DNA of 32,000 bases, from NCBI GenBank assembly GCA_030668875.1, contig DAOVER010000018.1, positions 1 to 32,000 on the forward strand, written 5' to 3'. Positions 8,610 through 17,204 of the stretch are shown here, in pieces. The position numbers and the translations under genes were made by a program. The notes beneath the pieces were generated by a model. It had not been told where the DNA came from. It made no database searches and saw only the letters and a list, made by a program, of their open reading frames with translations. Source of the stretch: Candidatus Heimdallarchaeota archaeon (GTDB lineage: Archaea > Asgardarchaeota > Heimdallarchaeia > Heimdallarchaeales > Heimdallarchaeaceae). The first letter of the stretch is position 1, and every line of letters starts with the position of its first letter.

Positions 8610-11600
8610 TTAGATTACATCCCACATTTTTTCCTCAAAAAAGAATAGAGCCTTTCGTCTTAGTTCCTCTGAACGTTCTTTTTCAAGTTTTACGTTTTTA
8701 TTTAACCTATAGTTTCTGGTTGATAAATCAGACAAATCTACAAATAAGTTGTATACTGGTTCAATTTCCATAATTTTGTTTTTTAATTCTTCCAAATCTT
8801 GAATTTGGTCTCTATCTCTTGAATAATCTTCGGTTGCTACATCTATGATTAGTGCTAAGAGTTGATTATTTAAGCGTATGATTAGATTTAACTGATTCTT
8901 TAAGGTATCTACAAATATTTCGTAATTAGAGAAACCCTTTGCAGCGAAATCAATTTGTTCTTTTTTAGTGTAAAAACCATTATTTTTAGCATATTGCCAT
9001 TCTTCAAAAGCTGAAAACCCTAATTGCAGAGCTCTTTTCCAGTCATTATAATTATCAAAACCTAATTCTTTTGCTCTAAAATAGAGATGACCAAAATGAA
9101 ATCCTGCTTCTCGTTTTGGTTTAGCATCCTTATAAGATAGAAAACCTCGTCTTCTAGCTCGCTTATTTCGAACAACTCGAACAGTTATAAAAACAAGTAT
9201 TCCTAAAATGATTACTTCTACGGGAATTAGCCAATAAATAATTAATTCCCAATTATCCCATTTGAAAGGGTTCCTATCCTTCGTATACTCTTCCAAATTT
9301 GTTAAATCATCGTTGTCATAATCTTTTCTTGAATCATCAATTAGTGGGTTGAGATTATTATTATACTCCCAACCATCCGGCATCCCATCCCCATCTGTAT
9401 CTTTAGACCAAATATTAGTACCAATTTGATATTCTAATAAATTATCTAATCCATCATTATCAAAATCAACTGAAGCATCATCAGGATTTAAAGGATTCAA
9501 CATGAAAATTATGGTTTCAAAACCATCCGGCATCCCATCCCCATCTGTATCATTGTTAAATGGTTGAGTATTATAATAATACTCCCAGAAATTGGTAAGT
9601 AAATCATTGTCATAATCAATACTGCTATCATCAAAGTTGGGATTAAGGCCATTATAAACCTCCCAATCGTCAGTAATACCATCGAAATCACTGTCACTTA
9701 ATAGAGGATTTGTAAGGTAAGTATTTACTTCCATCCCATCTGATAAACCATCGTCATCTGAATCCATATCCCAAGGATCTGTGTTGTAAATATACTCCAG
9801 ATAATTTGTTAACCCATCTCCATCAGCATCCTCAGAACTGTCATTAACAAGAGGATTCAGAAAGTGAATTACTTCCCACGCATCATCTAAATTGTCTCCA
9901 TCCGTATCAAAATTATTAGCATCAGTGAAATAAGTAAAAATTTCTTGATAATCTGTAAGAGTGTCATTATCGGAATCTACTGAATTTGGCAATGTAAAAT
10001 AAGTAAATATTTCTTCAAAATCTAGTAACCCATCTCCATCCGTATCATTTAGAAGAGGATTACTCTGGTAAAGTAACACTTCGTCTCCATCGATGATTCC
10101 ATCCCCATCTGTATCGTTTATATTGATGTTACTTCCAATGTTAATCTCTTCAAGGTTAGTTAAACCATCATCATCAAAATCTTCAGCTGAATCATGAACC
10201 AGAGGATCCATTCCTAATGCAATTTCATCTCCATCCCCTACCTGATCATAATCACTATCCCAATAAGTTGCATTGGTGAGATAGAAGAAAATTTCCTCCC
10301 CGTCCCCTAACCCATCTCCATCTGTATCGTATTTATTAGGATTGGTATGGTAAGTTAATTCCTCTAAATTATTTATCCCGTCATTGTCATCGTCCACTAA
10401 ACTGTCATTGGCATTTAGGTTTAAATTATTATCAAATTCAAACCCGTCAAGTAATCCGTCTCCATCCGTATCATTGTTTAGAGCATCTGAGTTTGTAAAA
10501 TAAATTTCGTATCCATCCATTATTCCATCGAAATCAGAATCGTTTAAAGTGCTATTAGTTTCATAATGAAGCTCGGTAGCATCATCTAAGAAATCGCCAT
10601 CAGTGTCCATATGACCATTACGAGCAATATTACCTTGGAAACCCCACCAAATACTATTCGTTGTTTCTAAGGTACCTAGAATTGTAAAACAGTAAATATC
10701 ACCATTATCATTTACACATATGATTTCAGGGATATTGTCATTATCTAAATCAGCTTGACATGGATGTGCATCAAAACCAGTTGCCATAGAATATTCGCAA
10801 ATTTGTTCTCCTAAGTTGTTTAAGATATATAATTTGGAACTTGAAAATCCAGTACCAGGAAGACTATCAGTGAAAACTATTATTTCTGACTTACCATCAT
10901 TTTCAATATCTGTTAAAGCTGGTGAGCATCTGAAATTCTCCTCATAATTTCCAGCTTGAAATGTCCATTGTAATGTTCCTGTGTGACTTACACAGAAAAG
11001 ATATGTTGCATCGTTTCCTAAAATTATTTCCGGATAATTATCATTATCTAGATCAGCAACAGATATACTGCCATCTAAATAACCTTCTCCAAGATCACAT
11101 GACCAATAATCATTTCCATAATAACTTATTGCTGTCAATCGACCACCAGGATCAGAGTTCCCATACATTAAAATCTCAAATTTTCCATCATTATTTAAAT
11201 CAGCGCAACTTGGTGATGAATATGTGTCGAAGTAACCAAAATATGACCACTCTTCGTTTCCAAAGCGATTAAGACATACAATCTCTGATTTAGCGAGTAA
11301 TATTACTTCTAGTTGACTATCATTATCAACATCTATTATTAATGGCGATGAGTATGAATAATAGTGATTCGTTGTATCTATGGAGTAGAACCACTCAATA
11401 TGTCCTGTACTGTTCAAACAGAATAAACCTGCCCCCTCTGTATGTAGTGTGCTAAATCCATCATTACAAATAAAAAGAATATTCATGTTCCCATCATTAT
11501 TCAAATCTGCTATAGCTGAAGTTGATCCAATATCTCCATTCGATTGAAATCGCCATATTTCTGAACCATCATCATCTAAGCAAAAAACGTAAGAAGAACT

Positions 11601-12026
11601 ACTTGTAACTATAATTTCAGGATATACATCATTGTCAAAATTTGCAATTGATATGAAACAACCACCTCTTAATTCACTGTCTGCAAAAACCCATCTACTG
11701 GAGCCGTTATTTTCTATACAATGAATATTCCCGTTATGATCACTTATAAGTAATTCATATTTTCCATCATAATCCAAATCAGAAATAATAGGAGCAGAAT
11801 CTCGAAAATATGCCAATTCATATGTCCATTCGATACTTAAACTATAATCAGAAAATAGTGAAATGTCATCTGAAGGTAGAGTGGATTGAACTTGAATCAC
11901 ATTTGCTTCTTCACTAAATAATACCTTATCGAGAGCAACTATCTTGGAGTGTGGAACAAAGGATCCAAATAGTAAAATTAACTGAAAAGCAAATAAGATT
12001 AATACTCTTCCTTTGTTCTTTGACAT
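8610..12026 (-). CDS. P1: surface protein with 8-repeat FG-GAP/PQQ-like propeller, 19 TSP3-like Ca-binding repeats, TM helix and cytoplasmic GF-repeat/helical tail
   Basis: N-terminal hydrophobic segment; eight (A)DLDxDGxxEIIV repeats each followed by GxxxW; 19 DxDxDGxxD/NxxE units; TM IIYWLIPVEVIILGILVFITV; six 14-aa GF repeats. Confidence 0.9.
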   Translation of the reverse strand: MSKNKGRVLILFAFQLILLFGSFVPHSKIVALDKVLFSEEANVIQVQSTLPSDDISLFSDYSLSIEWTYELAYFRDSAPIISDLDYDGKYELLISDHNGNIHCIENNGSSRWVFADSELRGGCFISIANFDNDVYPEIIVTSSSSYVFCLDDDGSEIWRFQSNGDIGSTSAIADLNNDGNMNILFICNDGFSTLHTEGAGLFCLNSTGHIEWFYSIDTTNHYYSYSSPLIIDVDNDSQLEVILLAKSEIVCLNRFGNEEWSYFGYFDTYSSPSCADLNNDGKFEILMYGNSDPGGRLTAISYYGNDYWSCDLGEGYLDGSISVADLDNDNYPEIILGNDATYLFCVSHTGTLQWTFQAGNYEENFRCSPALTDIENDGKSEIIVFTDSLPGTGFSSSKLYILNNLGEQICEYSMATGFDAHPCQADLDNDNIPEIICVNDNGDIYCFTILGTLETTNSIWWGFQGNIARNGHMDTDGDFLDDATELHYETNSTLNDSDFDGIMDGYEIYFTNSDALNNDTDGDGLLDGFEFDNNLNLNANDSLVDDDNDGINNLEELTYHTNPNKYDTDGDGLGDGEEIFFYLTNATYWDSDYDQVGDGDEIALGMDPLVHDSAEDFDDDGLTNLEEINIGSNININDTDGDGIIDGDEVLLYQSNPLLNDTDGDGLLDFEEIFTYFTLPNSVDSDNDTLTDYQEIFTYFTDANNFDTDGDNLDDAWEVIHFLNPLVNDSSEDADGDGLTNYLEYIYNTDPWDMDSDDDGLSDGMEVNTYLTNPLLSDSDFDGITDDWEVYNGLNPNFDDSSIDYDNDLLTNFWEYYYNTQPFNNDTDGDGMPDGFETIIFMLNPLNPDDASVDFDNDGLDNLLEYQIGTNIWSKDTDGDGMPDGWEYNNNLNPLIDDSRKDYDNDDLTNLEEYTKDRNPFKWDNWELIIYWLIPVEVIILGILVFITVRVVRNKRARRRGFLSYKDAKPKREAGFHFGHLYFRAKELGFDNYNDWKRALQLGFSAFEEWQYAKNNGFYTKKEQIDFAAKGFSNYEIFVDTLKNQLNLIIRLNNQLLALIIDVATEDYSRDRDQIQDLEELKNKIMEIEPVYNLFVDLSDLSTRNYRLNKNVKLEKERSEELRRKALFFFEEKMWDVI
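9260..10607 (-). repeat. 19 tandem TSP3-like (DxDxDG) repeats of P1
   Basis: From DTDGDFLDDATE to DYDNDDLTNLEE; 449 codons from the first Asp to the W of WDNW. Confidence 0.9.
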
Positions 12027-12286
12027 AATAGTAATCCTTGGTATATTCTTGTGTAAATTATATAAAGAATGTTTGTAATTAAATTAAACCTTTTGCTTAA
12101 GTATTTAGTTAACTATATTTTTCTAAAATTTAGGGTAATTTACTTGTGTTTTCTTTAATGAATTAAGAGAATCTGTTCATTTGGAGGATAAACTCATGAA
12201 ATATCTTCTTCAAGGAGCATTTTAAACAATTTGTAAAGAATAAGGAGATTGATCCATCAGAAATTTCAATTAGAAAGGTAGAACTA

Positions 12287-15200
12287 TCATAGTTTTAGTA
12301 GTTTGTTTATTTCTGAAACCAGTTCTTTAAATCTTTGAATTTCAGATTTTACTGATTTATCATACTCATGATCATCTGTTGGAGTGTCAGAATATCTGAT
12401 TAATTTAGCTCTTACTGGTTCAATTTCAGATATATCTTTCTTCAAGTCATTTATCAATTGTTTTTTTCTCTTAACTGTTAAATCATTACTCTCCTTTAAT
12501 TCAAGAAGATTTTGAAACAGATTATGAAGAATAAAACGGTATTTTTCCATAGTCTCTGTTTTTTCCTTCCTAAATTCAATGAAATCATCAAAACCAATTT
12601 TTTCTGTACTCTTCTTTGAATCCAAACTAATAAATCCTGATTGTTGTGCTTCAATCCATTCATCTTCAAAAATGAAACCTTGTTTATTAGCAGATAACCA
12701 TTGCTCTTTTGTAGAAAAACCTGCAAGTATAGCGGTATAAAATTCATCACCATTACTAAACCCTGATTCTGAAGCTAATTGCATATCTTTGTAACTTAGA
12801 AAACCATATTTTTTTCGTAAAACATAATGCCTAGATTTCAATGGTATATAGTAACCTAAGAATATTATCAAAAGATAAACGGGAATCAAAAATAAACCAT
12901 ACAATATCAACCAATTGTCCCATTGTTGAGGATTTTTGCCTTGTGAATATTCATCAATATTCTTGATAAAATCTCCATCTGGGTCTTCAGAACTATCATC
13001 AAATAGAGGATTCAATTCATTTTGCACTTCCCACCCATCTGGCATCAAGTCATCATCAGTGTCTGAATCTAGCGGATTGGTTTTATGGACAATAACTTCT
13101 AATCCATCAACAAGAGAATCACTGTCTGTGTCATTTAGGTTTGGATCTGTGTTATGCAGATATTCAAGTAAGTTGCTTAATCCATCTTCATCAGAATCAT
13201 CAGAACCATCAGAGGTTGTCGGATCTAAATTGTTATCGTATTCCCACCCATCTGGCATCCCATCATCATCTGTATCTCTTTTTCTTGGATTTGTACCAAT
13301 GTTAAATTCGACAACATTCTGTAATTCATCTCTATCTGGATCACTTGGAGCATCATTAACAAGTGGATTCAAATTATATTGCACTTCCCACCCATCTGGC
13401 ATCCCATCATCTTCAGTGTCCGGACTATTAGGATTAGTATTATTTCCAAATTCATCTATATTTAGGAGGTTATCAGAATCTGGGTCTTCTAAGGAATCAT
13501 CTTCAAGTGGATCTAATGAGTAATTTACTTCCCACCCATCTGGCATCCCATCATCTTCAGTGTCATTTTTATTTGGCATAGTAAAATAAACAAAAATTTC
13601 ATCCCAGTCTAGTAGTTCATCAAAATCTGTATCATTTAGGATGGGACTGGTAAAATAAATAAAAACCTCTTCCCCATCCGATATTATGTCATTATCCGTA
13701 TCGTTATTGAAAGGATTTGAGAGGTACTCAAATTCAAGTAAGTTGCTTAACCCATCTGTATCATTATCTACATATGAATCATTGATCAAAGGATCAAAAC
13801 CGTAGTCTACCTCCCACCCATCTGGCATCCCATCATCATCAGAATCAGCTGTTAAAGGATCTGTATTGTAAATGAGAATTTCATCACCGTCTGTAAGATT
13901 ATCATTATCAGTATCATTGTCTATAGGATTTGTTGAATAGATATATACTTCATCATAATCATTTAAGTCATCATTATCTGTATCATCTGACAAAGGATCT
14001 GTTGAAAAATTGAATTCCTCAATATTGGTTAGACCATCACTATCTGGATCTTCAAAAGTATTATTTCTGGTAGCATCTAATTTACTATATACTTCCCACA
14101 TATCAGGTAATGAATCATTGTCAGTATCATTTGTAGTCGGATCAGTATTGTACAAATATACCTCAAAACCATCTTTTAAGCCATCTCCGTCAGTATCTTC
14201 TTGTTCTTGATCACAGTTGAAATGCATTTCCATACAATCTACTATATAATCTCCATCTGAATCTATATTGTTCGTTCTAGATGGATCTCCACCTGAACAT
14301 AGATATTGATATTTTCCTGAAGTGATAGTTCCATGGATCTCTATACAATAAATACTGTCCCAAACATTTAGAAATATCTCAACCTTTCCATCCCCATCAA
14401 TGTCTGCATAAGTTATTTCGTCAGATATCCTTTTGGGTATAGCAAAATTCCACAAAAGTAATCCATCTTGATCTAAACAAGAAAGTGTATATGTTCCAGA
14501 ACCAAAAAGAATTTCGAGGTTATCGTCACCATTTATGTCTAAAACTGCTGGTTGATTCCTTAAATCACGTTGAGCATTATGTTGCCAAGTAATTTCTCCA
14601 GCATTATCAATGCAATAAACATGTCTATCAGTTGTTACGATTACTTCACTGATGAAATCATCATTTAAATCAGCTAAAATGAACCCTGTGATTATATTAC
14701 TGAATCTAATTGAGGAACATAATTTTTCTCCATTCATGTTATAACAACTTATTCCTCCATAATCGTCGATTATAATTTCAATAGTTGATGTGTTAGTGTC
14801 GAAATTACCAACTCCAATTGAAACATGGGAGGTAGAGGAAACTACAGTACTCCATTTGAGATTTCCATCACTACTTAAACAAACTAAATCTCTATGTGTG
14901 TATAAAATTTCCAAAGTACCATCAGAATCTAAATCCACGATTACTGGACAAGACAAAACATCTATCTGATTGGGTGGATTTCCTTTTCCATCATCAAATT
15001 CCCATAAGAGTGTACCATTACAATCCAAGCATATGATATAACCGTTATTAGTACATGCTACTATCTCCATATTTCCATCTGAATTCAAATCTCCAAGAGC
15101 GATATTTCTTGCAGGATATAAATATCTTGAATCATCCTCATAAGACCAAAGAAGGTTACCATTTGCATCTCTACATCTGATACCCTCATACAAGCTGTAA

Positions 15201-15568
15201 ATTATTTCAGGTGAAGAATCAGCATTGATGTTAGCTACAATCGTATCGCTTGATACTTGTTCTACATTGATCCACAGTGTTTCACCATTTTTATCTAAAC
15301 ATATTCCACCTACAATAATCTCCAATTCACCATCTTTGTTAATATCCGAGATACAAGGTGAACAGTAAGTATTAGAAGGATGTCCACTTTCCCATTTGAT
15401 TCCTAATGAATACTCAGTGAAATCTTGTAGCTTTGATTCAAGATAAAGGTTCTCTGGGATTGTTGAAGTAAATTCACCATCATTCAGTTTCGTATTTGTT
15501 GATACATACGAGAATAGTAGCAAAAGAAACAAAAGAATAAATTTATGTTTTCTCTCACTTTGATTCAT
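12287..15568 (-). CDS. P2: paralogous propeller-TSP3-TM-GF-repeat surface protein
   Basis: Same architecture as P1. I place the start at ATG 15568 (MNQSERK) rather than GTG 15577, because it matches the P3 start (MNQGKRK) and lies at the same distance from the shared 18-bp promoter. Confidence 0.9.
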   Translation of the reverse strand: MNQSERKHKFILLFLLLLFSYVSTNTKLNDGEFTSTIPENLYLESKLQDFTEYSLGIKWESGHPSNTYCSPCISDINKDGELEIIVGGICLDKNGETLWINVEQVSSDTIVANINADSSPEIIYSLYEGIRCRDANGNLLWSYEDDSRYLYPARNIALGDLNSDGNMEIVACTNNGYIICLDCNGTLLWEFDDGKGNPPNQIDVLSCPVIVDLDSDGTLEILYTHRDLVCLSSDGNLKWSTVVSSTSHVSIGVGNFDTNTSTIEIIIDDYGGISCYNMNGEKLCSSIRFSNIITGFILADLNDDFISEVIVTTDRHVYCIDNAGEITWQHNAQRDLRNQPAVLDINGDDNLEILFGSGTYTLSCLDQDGLLLWNFAIPKRISDEITYADIDGDGKVEIFLNVWDSIYCIEIHGTITSGKYQYLCSGGDPSRTNNIDSDGDYIVDCMEMHFNCDQEQEDTDGDGLKDGFEVYLYNTDPTTNDTDNDSLPDMWEVYSKLDATRNNTFEDPDSDGLTNIEEFNFSTDPLSDDTDNDDLNDYDEVYIYSTNPIDNDTDNDNLTDGDEILIYNTDPLTADSDDDGMPDGWEVDYGFDPLINDSYVDNDTDGLSNLLEFEYLSNPFNNDTDNDIISDGEEVFIYFTSPILNDTDFDELLDWDEIFVYFTMPNKNDTEDDGMPDGWEVNYSLDPLEDDSLEDPDSDNLLNIDEFGNNTNPNSPDTEDDGMPDGWEVQYNLNPLVNDAPSDPDRDELQNVVEFNIGTNPRKRDTDDDGMPDGWEYDNNLDPTTSDGSDDSDEDGLSNLLEYLHNTDPNLNDTDSDSLVDGLEVIVHKTNPLDSDTDDDLMPDGWEVQNELNPLFDDSSEDPDGDFIKNIDEYSQGKNPQQWDNWLILYGLFLIPVYLLIIFLGYYIPLKSRHYVLRKKYGFLSYKDMQLASESGFSNGDEFYTAILAGFSTKEQWLSANKQGFIFEDEWIEAQQSGFISLDSKKSTEKIGFDDFIEFRKEKTETMEKYRFILHNLFQNLLELKESNDLTVKRKKQLINDLKKDISEIEPVRAKLIRYSDTPTDDHEYDKSVKSEIQRFKELVSEINKLLKL
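12922..14263 (-). repeat. 19 tandem TSP3-like repeats of P2
   Basis: From DSDGDYIVDCME to DPDGDFIKNIDE; 447 codons to WDNW. Confidence 0.9.
13383..13564 (+). repeat. Perfect 38-bp direct repeat inside P2 (13383-13420 and 13527-13564)
   Basis: ACTTCCCACCCATCTGGCATCCCATCATCTTCAGTGTC occurs twice, 144 bp apart; both copies encode DTEDDGMPDGWEV. Confidence 0.9.
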
Positions 15569-15590
15569 TATTGTCACGTTGTTCTTAATA

Positions 15591-15608
15591 ACTGTTATAA
15601 ACTATTCG
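15591..15608 (-). promoter_or_regulatory. BRE/TATA promoter of P2, identical to the P3 promoter
   Basis: Minus strand CGAATAGTTTATAACAGT; TTTATAA at -33 to -27 from ATG 15568, implying a leaderless or near-leaderless mRNA. Confidence 0.75.
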
Positions 15609-15734
15609 CAAAAGCTGAGTAGGTTAGTGATTTCTCTTAATATCATTGAATTTCACACTAAAGATTCAGTGAATTGGTAAAACCTGAGAAGTTTGCTGAA
15701 CCAGCAGATTCATCGCTTAAATAGACTAACCATC

Positions 15735-15809
15735 CTAGTTTAGCAGTTTGTTAACTTCAGAAACCAGTTCATCGAATCTCTGAATCTTTGATTTTACAGA
15801 TTTATCAAA
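15735..15809 (-). pseudogene. Relic 3' end of a fifth P-family paralog
   Basis: Translates FDKSVKSKIQRFDELVSEVNKLLN*; 19/24 identical to the P2 C-terminus, 19/24 to P3, 17/23 to P4. Similarity stops abruptly upstream. Confidence 0.85.
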
Positions 15810-15929
15810 GAACATCCATGTTCTGCTAGCTCATCTTTATAATCACCAAACTCTGTTCGCACAATTCTATCCTCTCCTGTATCTGCAAAAATCGAGCAAT
15901 TTTGATGATTTCCCTATAATTAAAATCTA

Positions 15930-17111
15930 TTATTCATTAATAGAACTATATTCCCCTATGATCATATTAGAAGCTTCATCAATCTCATCTTGGCAAACTC
16001 TTTCTCCATCCTTAAAATATTCTGATAAATTCCACTTCAAAGACAGAATTTCCTTAAAACTTATATCTGTAATTTTCCTGTCAGATATTCTTCTAACTAT
16101 TTCGTTCAAAAAATGATCTTCAGAATGCTGACTTTCCTCTTTTATACCTGGACAGGAAAAATCTATTTCAATGGTAAAATGATTGTTATCTACATTATGT
16201 ATAATGAAAGGATAACTAAAACAGTTTAGAGGTTTACTTTCATGGATTGTACATTTCCCTTTTATTCTGTCTTGAAAAACACAGACTCCATCGTTTTGTC
16301 TTAGAGCAAGTTGGAAATCAATAATATCTCCTGAATTATTCTTTAGATAAATTATAGGATAACAAAACTCTTCGATTCTTTTATTAGCTGCAGAGGAAAT
16401 CTCGATTCCTTCATTTAGAGAGAGACAAGCTAAATTTGAAGGAAAACCTATCCTCTTCTCTGTAAATAGATCTTGGAAAGGATGCTCATTTTTATTTGGT
16501 ATAGGGTTAACTGAATAGTTACTAGGTAACTCACACATATTGCAAAATAAGCAAGAAAAACTGATATTTGATGGAAAATTATATTCAAACAAAGTATTTT
16601 CTTTTTTTATTTGTTTTCTCTTTAAAACGTAATTTTCATCTTTGAAAGATAAAGAGTTTTTCTCTAGGATATCATGTAACTGACTGAGAACTTCGTCAAT
16701 TGAAATATCTTCAAACTGTGAAAAGGTTCCTCGAAAAACTCTATCATTTTTTGGTTTCAGTTTTTTTAAACTGTACAAATCATCCCAGATTTTTAATCTT
16801 GTTGCACCATCCTTGATTAAAATTACTAACTCATAAGAAGAATTAACATTAATACAATCAATTTTTCTTACGAGTATATCAGCTTCAATTGGGAGAGTCA
16901 AATCTTTCCAATATTTGTCAATTAATTTCTTATCAGTTTTTTCTCCAAGACCCAAACTTATACCTTTTTCTAACAATTTCTCATTGATAATTCTTAGAAT
17001 ATAAGGAGAGTAGTTGAAAAATTCAGGTTGCAGATTCTCTCCAATCATCAATTTAAGAAGATCTTCTTCAGCTTTTTGTTGAATTCCTTCATTGATGAGG
17101 AGTCTAGTCAT
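15930..17111 (-). CDS. YkgJ-family cysteine-cluster (CxxCxxCC-type, putative Fe-S/Zn) protein with N-terminal extension
   Basis: FSCLFCNMCE, LALRQNDGVCVF, GKCTIHESKPLNCFSYPF, FSCPGI match the YkgJ Cys pattern. Confidence 0.75.
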   Translation of the reverse strand: MTRLLINEGIQQKAEEDLLKLMIGENLQPEFFNYSPYILRIINEKLLEKGISLGLGEKTDKKLIDKYWKDLTLPIEADILVRKIDCINVNSSYELVILIKDGATRLKIWDDLYSLKKLKPKNDRVFRGTFSQFEDISIDEVLSQLHDILEKNSLSFKDENYVLKRKQIKKENTLFEYNFPSNISFSCLFCNMCELPSNYSVNPIPNKNEHPFQDLFTEKRIGFPSNLACLSLNEGIEISSAANKRIEEFCYPIIYLKNNSGDIIDFQLALRQNDGVCVFQDRIKGKCTIHESKPLNCFSYPFIIHNVDNNHFTIEIDFSCPGIKEESQHSEDHFLNEIVRRISDRKITDISFKEILSLKWNLSEYFKDGERVCQDEIDEASNMIIGEYSSINE

Positions 17112-17204
17112 TATCTCAAAGAACTAGAACAATGTTCACAATAATAATTTTTTCCCTTAAGTTTCATAAACAATGAAGAAAGTGAGTTTCTCTCTTATTT
17201 GAAT

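Noticed and set aside
15816-15915. Protein-like open stretch IFADTGEDRIVRTEFGDYKDELAEHG on the minus strand next to the relic
   Set aside because: It is short, has no start or RBS, and shows no recognisable homology to P-family or other proteins.
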